Shown here: one piece after another, positions 9,930 to 19,080 of the stretch
Numbering within the stretch: position 1 is the stretch's first letter
Layout: every line of letters starts with the position of its first letter
NCBI GenBank assembly: GCA_965213675.1
Contig: OZ243916.1
Location: forward strand, 3,584,001-3,648,000
Length of the DNA: 64,000 bases
DNA from: an uncultured Candidatus Binatia bacterium
GTDB lineage: Bacteria > Desulfobacterota > Binatia > UBA9968 > JAJDTQ01
Direction of reading: 5' to 3'
The notes under the pieces: generated by a model
Databases searched by the model: none
Seen by the model: the letters and a program-made list of their open reading frames with translations, nothing else
What the model was told of the DNA's origin: nothing
Made by a program: the position numbers and the translations under genes

Positions 9930-10247
9930 GAGGCTTGTCCCTCAGCATCTCTCTGCTGACGTCAAGGGATTGATCCATGTAACTCGACAAGAGGGAAGGA
10001 GGGCAGGAAGTTCTTTCGCGAGTTCCTTTGCTTCGCTCAGAACAAGGGTTTCGTTCGCTCCAATGTCGGAACGCTTGGAAAGCGTGTAGCCTGGAAATCC
10101 GGGCTATCACACACAGCGCGGGTTAGGATAAAGCAAGCAAAATCGGTGCCTTCATCTTGGTCCCGGGATCGCCACCCCCGTATTCAGGACCGATGATTAC
10201 AAAACCCCCTTCACGGTCTTTACTGTTCCTATAAACGTCTTTAAATT

Positions 10248-12984
10248 ATGGCCGCTATTGAGAGCCGCCTAAGCAAGACCCTCTCTACTATAATTCCCAA
10301 CTCCCGGGGACCGGTACATCGGCGACTCACCCTCCCGGGGCTGACCTTCGCCGTGATGGTGCTGGCGCTGGCCGGCACAGTCCCTGACGCTCACGCCCAA
10401 CAGAACGAGGTCTACTTCGCCACCGACACGATCCATGTGATCCCGGGCGAGAAATTGCAATTCACGCCAACCCTGCGCTACGCCGAATCCACCGATGTGT
10501 ATGTGCACATGAGGACGGTGGATCCGACCGAGAGTCTCAAAGGCTACGAGCCCGCCCGTTTCGGATACGGACACAACACCGGCAGAGACTACATTCCCAT
10601 TCTTGATAGACGGGCAGTCTGGATTGCTCCCGGAAATGACCAATTCGAAATACTGAATCCAACCACTATCTTGACCGGCGCCACCCCGCCGGCGATGGGG
10701 AGCCCCGGCAAATACTTCCATGTGGAGATCACGAAAGTCACCACTGACGGCCAGCCAGACAGCACCAAATTTCACCCCGAAGTGACCATCGGCACACCCC
10801 GACGTATCACGGTGTTCATCGACCACACCCGGCAGACCCGGCCCATGCCGCAGATTCTGCTCAGCAAGAATAACTGGCGTGTTGCCGAGCCGGCGCACGC
10901 CAGCTGCTCGGACAGCCATGTCGGTGATGAGAAGACATTCACTGACATCACGCTCGGCGACGGAACGCCGGGCACCAGAGTAGAGAAGGATTACGGCCCC
11001 GTGCTCACAACAGAGACCTACAAAGTCCAGCTCGACCGCACGCCCGGCCCGGGCAAGGTCGTGAGCGTGGAGATCTGGGAGCCGACCGATCTGGACCGGC
11101 CTGACGTGGGTAGATTCCATGAGAACGCGCGGATCCACGGCATCGGCTGGCCGCCGATCCGGCAAGGCAGGATCAGCATCGACAACAGTCCTGTCCTGAA
11201 CCAGGGTCAGCCCGTTGGAGAAAGGCGCCATCTCAACACCTACCTGACCTTCACCGACAAGAACTGGAACCAGACAAAGACGGTGACGGTGAACATCCAC
11301 TGCGCGCAGCATGACGTCAACAACCCGCTGCCGATCTGGCACTTCGCCTTCCGGCACGACACGCCCACATGGGGCCGCTCTTCGCACATGTACAACCGCA
11401 AGGGCGACAACAGCCGGGCCAATACCAGCTTCAAGATCGCCCAGGTCCGGGTGGCCGACAGTTCCGAGCCGCCCAAGATCGCCGGCAACCCCATGGGCAA
11501 TCTCGTCCTCGATCCCGACGCATCGGGCCATTTCGTCCTGTCCGATGATGGCGAAGACGGCTATGCGCACATCATCGGCCTGGATTTCCGCTGGAACAAC
11601 CCGGACAACTCGCACCACAACGACTATGACGCCGCCAACGGGAAGTTCGCCGGCTTCCGCGTCCGCCTGCGGACGGTGGACCCGCCCGGCCACGCGGTGC
11701 AGGAAGAATTCGTGCGCGCCGACTTCATCATTCCCCGTGACGACCCGACCTCCGCCTCTACAACGACAGCCATGACGAGGGTCCGGAGACCTTCGAGATG
11801 GTGCTGTTCGACGCGGACGTGAACGGTCCGCCCGGGGTGTCGGTGACGATTGCGGACGGAGTTGCCGTGGGCACCATCACCAACTCGGACCCGATGCCGG
11901 CGGCATGGCTGGCGCGTTTCGGTCGCACGACGGCGGAACAGGCGCTGGACGGCATAGCCGGGCGCATCGCGGCGTCGCGCGACGCCGGGGTGCAGGGCAC
12001 CATCGCCGGACAGGCGCTGGGCTTCGATCCCCGCTCCTCCGGCTCGCAGGCAGGCCCCGACGGATCGGTTGGCGCAGCGAGCGGGAATGCTGCCCCTGGC
12101 AGCCTGTCCGGCACTGGCCGGCTGGTGCAGACCGATGTCGCCCGCGGCCGTTTCGGCGCCGGCGGTGCGGGATCGGCATTGGGCCATGACACTCATGGCT
12201 TCGCTTTCGGCAGCAGCGGGGCGCAGTCCTACTCGATGACGGCCCGGGAAGCCTTGCTGGGCAGCAGCTTCACGGCGACCGGGGAGAAGGACGGCATGGG
12301 CGGCAGCGTGGCCTTCTGGGGCCGGGCAGCGCAGTCGAGCTTCGACGGCCGCGAGGGGACGTTCTCGCTCGACGGCGAGGCCACCACGGCCATGCTGGGA
12401 GCCGACTATGGGCGTGGCAACTGGCTGGCCGGAGTGGCCCTGATGCGGAGCAGCGGGGATGGCGGCTATGCCGACAGGGAATCGGGGTCCGGGGCAGGCA
12501 ACGGTACGGATGCCGTGGGCTGCCCTCAACCTTCGGATGCCGAAGCGCGGAGGGTCGTGTGCAGCGGCGCCGTGCGGGAGGGCGATGGTGAGGTGGAGGC
12601 GTCGCTGACGGCGGCGGTTCCCTATGCCGCGCTCCGGGTCTCGGAGCGGCTGAAGCTCTGGGGCGCGGTGGGCTATGGCGCCGGCGACGTGACGCTCGAG
12701 CCGGAGGTAGGCGGTTCCCTCACCTCCGACATCTCCTGGACCATGGCGGCGGCTGGCCTGCGCGGCGACGTGATCGCGCCCCCGGCGGAAGGATCGGGTC
12801 CCGCCCTGGCGGTGACCTCGGTCTCGCCACCGGCGCGCGCGACTACAGCGTGGGGTGGCGTCTCACGCCGGCGACCCGCGCCAACGCGCCCGATGTCTCC
12901 TTCGGGCTGAAGGGGACGCGCCGGGAGAGCAACTGGACGGAGCCGGAGCACACCATGGGGCTCGAAGCGACCGCGCGGTGGTAG
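10248..12984 (+). pseudogene. Second autotransporter-like surface protein with two out-of-frame internal junctions
   Basis: Signal-peptide-like N-terminus (..LALAGTVPDAHA-QQ) and unique passenger to ~11750; frame change into the shared repeat; frame change at ~12821 into terminal strands GLATGARDYSVGWRL...GLEATARW, TAG at 12982-12984. Confidence 0.75.
11751..12821 (+). repeat. ~1.07 kb direct repeat, copy 2
   Basis: Matches 7557-8627. Confidence 0.95.
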
Positions 12985-13566
12985 GCGTCGCGGTCGCCGA
13001 TGGCACGGGGGGTCAGCGGATGGGACGGCCTGCGGGCCTCGGGCTTCATCCGCAGGGGCAAGGCACATCGCGCGGCATGGAAGAAGCGTCCGCCGCAGCC
13101 CGGCCCTTGGTGCAACTCGCGGCCGAAGGCGGGGCCACGCTCTCGGACCTCCGCCTCGCCGACGGCACGCTGATGCTGAGGACCGAGCAGCCGGGCCGCT
13201 CGGTCCAGGCCCGCCTTCCGGCCGGCGCGCAAGGACGATGTTCAGGCAATATCGCGACATGGCCACCGGCGCATGAACGGCAATCGTCCCTTCCATCCTG
13301 AAGCCGAAACACCGCCACAGACCGACGGAAACGCGCTATAATACTCATCCTTGCGCAGGGCTCAGATATCGACGACAAGCGAGTGTCGGGCTCGGCTGTA
13401 GCGAGCCGGAGAGGGCCCCGGGGCTGCCGTTTCGGGGCGGGTTTAGGCGCCGTCGGGCCGCTTGACACTGCACTCGGTTTCCCGATAGAGCAGGGCCATA
13501 ATCGTTTCGCGGCCACGCCGGCCCCCGCCTGTAGCGGGCCACCGGCTGGGCCTGAGAGGAGCATTC

Positions 13567-14337
13567 ATGATCGAAGGGTTGCAGGGCAAGGTGGTGATCA
13601 TCACGGGCGGCGGCCACGGCATCGGCAAGGCCTACGCCGAGGGGTTTACCAAGTCCGGTTCCAGGGTGGTGGTGGCGGACATCGACGGCGAGGCGGCGGA
13701 AAAGGTGGCGGCGGACCTCGGGAAGCTGAGCGAGGCCGGCTCCATGGCGGTGACCGTGGACGTGTCCGACGATGAGTCCACCAACCAGATGGTGGCCAGG
13801 ACCGTCGAGCGTTTCGGCCAGGTGGATGTGCTGGTGAACAACGCGTCGATCTTCGCCACCATTCCCATGAGCCGCGGCCGCATCGAGGAGATCAGCATCG
13901 AAGAGTGGGACAAGCTCATGTCGGTGAACCTCAAGGGCGTGTTCCTCTGCTGCCGTGCGGTGCTGCCGCAGATGCGCCGGCAGAAGTCCGGCAAGATCAT
14001 CAACATCGCCTCGGGGACCGCGCTCTACGGCCCTCCCGGACGCATCCACTACGTCGCCTCCAAGGCCGGCGTGATGGGTTTCAGTCGCACCCTGGCGCGG
14101 GAGGTGGGCGAGGACAACATTCAGGTCAACATCCTGTGCCCGGGCTCGACCCTGTCCGAGGAGAATCCCACCGAGGATATCCTCAAGATGCGCCAGAGCA
14201 ATATCGGCTCGCGCGCCCTCAAGCGGGTCCAGGTTCCCCAGGATCTGGTGGGCGGGGTGCTGTTCATGGCCTCCCCCCTGGCCGACTTCATGACCGGCCA
14301 GACCCTGGTGGTGGACGGCGGCCAGAACATGCATTGA
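13567..14337 (+). CDS. Short-chain dehydrogenase/reductase (FabG-like)
   Basis: TGGGHGIG, NNAS, YVASK, TGQTLVVDGG; GAGGAG RBS. Confidence 0.93.
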   Translation: MIEGLQGKVVIITGGGHGIGKAYAEGFTKSGSRVVVADIDGEAAEKVAADLGKLSEAGSMAVTVDVSDDESTNQMVARTVERFGQVDVLVNNASIFATIPMSRGRIEEISIEEWDKLMSVNLKGVFLCCRAVLPQMRRQKSGKIINIASGTALYGPPGRIHYVASKAGVMGFSRTLAREVGEDNIQVNILCPGSTLSEENPTEDILKMRQSNIGSRALKRVQVPQDLVGGVLFMASPLADFMTGQTLVVDGGQNMH

Positions 14338-14403
14338 CGGCGCCCCGCTCTGTCATTGATACGAACACCAATCACCACGACTCACCGCCGTTCAGGGCTC
14401 ACC

Positions 14404-14429
14404 GTCATTCCCGCGGCAGCGGGAATCCA
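14404..14429. repeat. REP/dRS3-like palindrome
   Basis: GTC-ATTCCC-GCGGCAGC-GGGAAT-CCA. Confidence 0.6.
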
Positions 14430-14451
14430 TAGAGAGATGGAGCGGTCGCGC

Positions 14452-15852
14452 ATGGCCGGGTACGCCAACCACCAGCACACGGACACCATCAGCCGGCTGG
14501 TTGAACTGCTCGGCCGCACCGCCGTCCGCACCGACCCCGCCGAGCTGGATGCGCATGCCTGGGACGCCTTGAGCCCCAGCCGCATCCACCCCGCGCACCC
14601 CATCGTTCCCGTTCATCCGCTGTGCGTCTGCACCCCGGCCAACACGTCCGAGGTGCAGGCCGTGGTGCGGCTGGCCAACCGCCAACGGCTCCCGCTGGTG
14701 CCCTACGGCGGCGGCTCGGGGCTCATGGGCGCGGCTGCCACGCTTGTACCGGGCATCGTGGTGGATCTGAGGCGGATGAATGCCGTCGTGGAGATCGATG
14801 CGGACTCGCTCACGGCCCGGGTCCAGGCCGGAGCCGTGCTGGAGGCCGTCGACGCGGCACTGCGTGGCGCCGGCCTCATGCTGGGTCACGACCCCTGGAC
14901 CCTGCCGGTGGCCACGGTGGGCGGCACGGTCTCCACCGACAGTCTCGGTTATCGAGGCGGCAAGTACGGCTCCATGGGCAACCAGGTGCTGGGGTTGGAG
15001 GCGGTGTTGCCCCAAGGAGAAGTGTGCCGTACCCCCGCCGTGAGCAAACGCTCCACCGGCCTCGATTTCAAGCACCTGTTCATCGGCGGCGAAGGCTGCT
15101 TCGGCGTCCTCACGGAGGTGACGCTGCGGGTCTACCCGGTTCCGGAGACGCGCGTCCTCCATGCCCTGCAGTTCGGTTCCTTCGCTGCCGGCTTCGACGC
15201 GGTATGCGACCTGACTCGAGCCGGCTGCCAGCCGATTCTCCTGGACTATGGCGATGAGACAGCCGATCCGGATGGAACGTCGATCCTGTATCTGGGCTTC
15301 GAAGGGAGCGCGGCTCTGACAGCCGCGGAAGAGGGCGTGGCGCTGGATGCCTGCGCGCGCCGCGGCGCCCGGAAACTCCCGCGCGAGCGGGCGGAGCGCT
15401 TCTGGGGTGAACGTCACGCCGCGGCCCGGCGTTTTGCCATGAACCGAAGCGAACGCCGCACGCGCGGCCTCGACGGCATGCACCAGGATTGGGTCCATGT
15501 GGCCCTGCCGGCATCGCGGGTGCTGACCTTCCGGCAGGAGGCCATCGCCCTGGCAGCGGCGCGGGGCGTGCGCTTCCGCGAGAGCGGGCTCTGGACCGGC
15601 CCGGAACTGTTCTCCCTGCGCCTCGCGACGGAGGGCGGCGAACAGGCACGGCGTGAGCTGGGCGACACGGTGCGGGCGCTCCTCGACCACGTCCCCGATT
15701 ACGACGGGTCCGTGGAATACTGCCACGGCGTCGGCGTCAAACTGGCTCCCCTGATGGCCCGCGAGCATGCCGGGGGCCTGGCTGTGATGCGTTCCCTCAA
15801 GCGCTGCCTCGATCCCCAGGGCATCATGAACCCGGGCAAGTTGGCCCTGTGA
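14452..15852 (+). CDS. FAD-binding oxidoreductase (GlcD / alkyl-DHAP synthase-like, VAO family)
   Basis: PYGGGSG, ATVGG, GGEGCFGV, HGVG, DPQGIMNPGK; alternative start at 14437. Confidence 0.88.
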   Translation: MAGYANHQHTDTISRLVELLGRTAVRTDPAELDAHAWDALSPSRIHPAHPIVPVHPLCVCTPANTSEVQAVVRLANRQRLPLVPYGGGSGLMGAAATLVPGIVVDLRRMNAVVEIDADSLTARVQAGAVLEAVDAALRGAGLMLGHDPWTLPVATVGGTVSTDSLGYRGGKYGSMGNQVLGLEAVLPQGEVCRTPAVSKRSTGLDFKHLFIGGEGCFGVLTEVTLRVYPVPETRVLHALQFGSFAAGFDAVCDLTRAGCQPILLDYGDETADPDGTSILYLGFEGSAALTAAEEGVALDACARRGARKLPRERAERFWGERHAAARRFAMNRSERRTRGLDGMHQDWVHVALPASRVLTFRQEAIALAAARGVRFRESGLWTGPELFSLRLATEGGEQARRELGDTVRALLDHVPDYDGSVEYCHGVGVKLAPLMAREHAGGLAVMRSLKRCLDPQGIMNPGKLAL

Positions 15853-15861
15853 CGCGCGGCC

Positions 15862-16638
15862 CTACCTGCGCAGTCCCTTGAAACCCACCTGGTGGGCGTC
15901 GATCGGCGTGCGTACATCGAAGTTCTCGCGCACCAGAACGCTCCGCCCCCCGGTTCGGTGATTCTCCATCGAGCTGCGGGCAACGACGTACATCCCTTCG
16001 ATTTTCTGTATCTTTTCGGTGTACAGGGTCTTGACCTTCCGGCCCCCGCGGTCGTAGAAGGCTACCTGCCTCGGCACGAGCAACTCCATCATCACCTGCG
16101 TTTCCAGGTACGCATAGGGGTCGCGGGCGTCCTTGGGAACGGAGCGCACCGTGACGACATCGCCGTTGTCCTCCAGGATCTCGTGCTTGTCCTGGCCGAC
16201 GGTCCGTCCGCTGACGTCGGCATTGGTGAAGTCGGAACCCATGAAGCTCTTGTGCCTGTCGTCCACGCTGAGCTGCTTCACCGAGCGCAGGGCGGGCAGG
16301 TAGATCCACTGCCGGGTGTCGTCCTCGCCGTCGAGACTCTCGCTCAACAGCCCCGTGCCGCGCACGTTCGCCGGTTTGTAGAACTTGATGAGGCTCTTGG
16401 TCCGGTCGGGGAAGATTTTGCGAAAGGATCGGAAGTAGCGCTCCCGCTTGCGCCCTTTGTCGTCCCTGATGATCAGGCGCACGTTCGAGGTCTGCTCCCG
16501 GTGCCGTCGCGCCTGGTCGTAAACGTCCTGCATGACGGCGCGCGCGTTGCGCACCCCGGCCGGGGGGGACGGCGGCTCGGCGAGAAAGAGGACCGCCGCG
16601 AGCAACGCAGCGAACATCCACAGGCCCCTTTTTGACAT
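15862..16638 (-). CDS. Outer-membrane lipoprotein-sorting (LolA-like) protein
   Basis: Signal peptide; F.KPANVRGTGLL, QWIYLPALRSVK, SFMGSDFTNAD, FYDRGGRKVKTL; exact start uncertain. Confidence 0.85.
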   Translation of the reverse strand: MSKRGLWMFAALLAAVLFLAEPPSPPAGVRNARAVMQDVYDQARRHREQTSNVRLIIRDDKGRKRERYFRSFRKIFPDRTKSLIKFYKPANVRGTGLLSESLDGEDDTRQWIYLPALRSVKQLSVDDRHKSFMGSDFTNADVSGRTVGQDKHEILEDNGDVVTVRSVPKDARDPYAYLETQVMMELLVPRQVAFYDRGGRKVKTLYTEKIQKIEGMYVVARSSMENHRTGGRSVLVRENFDVRTPIDAHQVGFKGLRR

Positions 16639-16689
16639 TTTCTGTCTTGTGCGCATGAGGTGGATGTAGCGGTCGGAGGGAGTGCCGGA

Positions 16690-16718
16690 ATCGTAATCGA
16701 ACACCGTGGCGCTGTCAA
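16690..16718 (-). promoter_or_regulatory. Putative hybrid sigma70 promoter whose -35 lies in an IS end
   Basis: TTGACA (16718-16713)-N17-TACGAT (16695-16690) upstream of the LolA-like gene. Confidence 0.55.
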
Positions 16719-16761
16719 ACCAAAGGGGAAATGTCCCCTCTTCGGCAAAGCAGAGATGTCC
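16713..16761. mobile_element. Orphan IS terminal repeat, IS1202/ISNCY-like
   Basis: 5'-TGTCAA end followed by two repeats CAAAGGGGAAATGTCC and CAAAGCAGAGATGTCC at 25-bp spacing; no transposase nearby. Confidence 0.55.
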
Positions 16762-16785
16762 TTTTTGAGGTTGAGTGCACGATCG

Positions 16786-19080
16786 TCACCCGCTGCCGCG
16801 TCCGGTCAGTGTCAGAACGGAGGGGAGAAGCAGGAGGCTCGATGCGAGCGCGACGGCGAGGCCGAATATGGTGAACAGCGCGAAGCGCGCGAGCAGGACG
16901 AGGTCCGAGAGCAGCAGCACCGCGAAGCCCGCGCAGAACAACAGGCTGGTGACGATGATCGGCCCGCCGGTGAGGAGGATCGCTTCCCGGCGCGCGGCGG
17001 CGGCGGGCTGCGTCCGGCGCTCGCGGTTGTAGGCGTGGAGGAGATGGATGGTGTCGTCCACGCACAGCCCCAGCGTGATGCCGGCGACCAGAACCGTGGA
17101 GAAGTCGAACGGCACGCCCAGCCAGGCCATGAGCCCGGTGGCCGCGACCACGGTGAGGAGGTTCACCCCGAACGCTGCAAGCCCCTGCCCCCAGCCGAAG
17201 AGGAGGACGAACAGGAAGCCGATGGCCACGCCGGTGAGCAGCAGGCTGTACGCCTGGGTGCGCAGCACCTGCCCGCTCATCGTGTGGACGAAAGCGGCGA
17301 AGCCGGTCAGGACCGGGTCGAGACCCGCGCTCACCGGGGCCACGGCGAGCCGCACCCGCTCGATGAAGTCGGCCAGATCCCGGGAGGGCAGGTCGGGCAG
17401 GCGCAGGTGGATGCGCGCGGTGGCGTAGTCGAAATCGACGTGCGGGGAGAGCACGTCATCCTTGTTTTCGGTGCGCGAGAGCTCCAGAAACAGGATCTCC
17501 TGCGCGAGCAGGTCCTCGGAGTCGGGAAGCCCGCGGACGCCCGTGAAGGCCTGCTGCGTGCGGCTCAGGGGGGCCGTGTAGCTTTCGGCATAGGTTACAG
17601 GGGAGAGGGCGGCGAGAGCCGTCTCCATGGTCTCGACGGTTTCGAGGCCGGACAGGGACTTGAAATGCTCGGGGGTCCCCGACTTCAGCAGGATGTCGAG
17701 CCCCGCGGAGCCGCCGAGCCGGGCGTCGACGAGACCGAAGTCCTTGCGGATCGTGCTGTCCTCCTTGAAGAACACCTGCAGGAAGCCGGTCTCCGTGCGC
17801 AGGTGGAAGAGGCCCGCGCCGAGCAGCAGGCCGAGCGCGACGGACAGCACCGCGACCCGCCCCGCGCGGGCCGCGGTGAGCCGGTGGCAGGCTTCCAGGG
17901 CGGCGCGCAGGCGCCCGTTCCCGCCGCCCGGTCGGGGGTCCATGGCGTCGCCGGAGAAGCGGAACACGCTCCAGAAGGCGAGGACGATCACGGGGTAGGC
18001 GAACGTGATGGCGGCGAGGGAGTCGAGGCCGAAATGCCGCAGCGGGATGAGGACGCTGATGCCGAAGGCGCCGAAGCCCGCGGCGGTGGTGAGCGAGGTG
18101 AACAGGCAGGGACGCAGCGCCCGCCCCAGCGCGGCGCGGGCCAGTCCGCCGCCCGGAGCCAGCGGGTCGGCGCGGCGCAGCGCGTCGCGGTGGGCGAGTA
18201 TGTGAAGCCCGTCGGCCACCGCGATGACGGCCGCCAGGACCGGAAGGGCCAGGGTGGTCACGGTCATCTTGTGGCCCAGGACCACGATCCACGACAGGCT
18301 CCCGGCGATGACCAGCAGCGCCGCCGCAAGCACCGGAAAGGCGCGGCGCGCGGAGCGCAGGAAGAGGACGAGAAAGAGCGCGATCACCCCCGCGCCAGCC
18401 GCCGCGAGCTGCAGCGTCTGCCGGCGGACCTTCTCGTTGATCGTGTCCCGCAACGCCGCGCCGCCGGCGAAATGGACCTGCCCGCCCGCACCCTCCCGAT
18501 GGAGCACGGCGCGTACCTTCTGCATGGCCCGGCGCCGCCGCTCGGCCTGCTCGCTCGTATCAAGACGCAACAGGAGGACTGCGAGGGAACCGTCCCGCGG
18601 CGCGAGGCGGCCCCCGTAGGGACTCTCGGCGAAGGCCCGGCGGTAGTCCTCGCGCGAGGCGAAGGCGCCGCGCCGCCGGGCGGCGTGGAACTCCTCGATG
18701 CGCACGCCCTCGCCGTCGGCGGCGATGCGCTGGGCGGAGGCTGGGGAACGGATGGAGACGAGGTCGTCCTGAAGCTCCGCCTTGAGCGCCTTTTCAAGCG
18801 ACAGCAACCGGCTCGTTCCTGCCGGCGAGAAACTCCCGGCGGGCATCGGGAGCACGACCGCCAGCGTCTCGCCGGGAGCGAATTCGCTCTCCAGCTCGTC
18901 CAGCGCGCGTTCCTGCGGATGTTCCGGGGGCAGCCAGCGGTCGCTGTCGAATTCAAGCCAGACGGCGGGCGCCGCGATCACGGCGCTTGCCAGCAACCAG
19001 AGGCCGACGGTCAGCCTGCCCAGGCGCCGCTCCCGACGGCAATGTTGACCGGATGGTGACGCTGCTCCGTCAGAACTCAT
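16786..19080 (-). CDS. MMPL/RND family transporter
   Basis: Two TM repeats with periplasmic loops; IAVADGLH, PCLFTSLTTAAGF, GLCVDDTIH, PIIVTSL. Confidence 0.9.
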   Translation of the reverse strand: MSSDGAASPSGQHCRRERRLGRLTVGLWLLASAVIAAPAVWLEFDSDRWLPPEHPQERALDELESEFAPGETLAVVLPMPAGSFSPAGTSRLLSLEKALKAELQDDLVSIRSPASAQRIAADGEGVRIEEFHAARRRGAFASREDYRRAFAESPYGGRLAPRDGSLAVLLLRLDTSEQAERRRRAMQKVRAVLHREGAGGQVHFAGGAALRDTINEKVRRQTLQLAAAGAGVIALFLVLFLRSARRAFPVLAAALLVIAGSLSWIVVLGHKMTVTTLALPVLAAVIAVADGLHILAHRDALRRADPLAPGGGLARAALGRALRPCLFTSLTTAAGFGAFGISVLIPLRHFGLDSLAAITFAYPVIVLAFWSVFRFSGDAMDPRPGGGNGRLRAALEACHRLTAARAGRVAVLSVALGLLLGAGLFHLRTETGFLQVFFKEDSTIRKDFGLVDARLGGSAGLDILLKSGTPEHFKSLSGLETVETMETALAALSPVTYAESYTAPLSRTQQAFTGVRGLPDSEDLLAQEILFLELSRTENKDDVLSPHVDFDYATARIHLRLPDLPSRDLADFIERVRLAVAPVSAGLDPVLTGFAAFVHTMSGQVLRTQAYSLLLTGVAIGFLFVLLFGWGQGLAAFGVNLLTVVAATGLMAWLGVPFDFSTVLVAGITLGLCVDDTIHLLHAYNRERRTQPAAAARREAILLTGGPIIVTSLLFCAGFAVLLLSDLVLLARFALFTIFGLAVALASSLLLLPSVLTLTGRGSG

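Noticed and set aside
12990-13560. Short ORFs and a TATAAT between the pseudogene and the SDR
   Set aside because: No recognisable product or well-spaced promoter; possibly a gene remnant but unsupported
16660-19059. 799-aa plus-strand ORF
   Set aside because: Antisense to the MMPL gene
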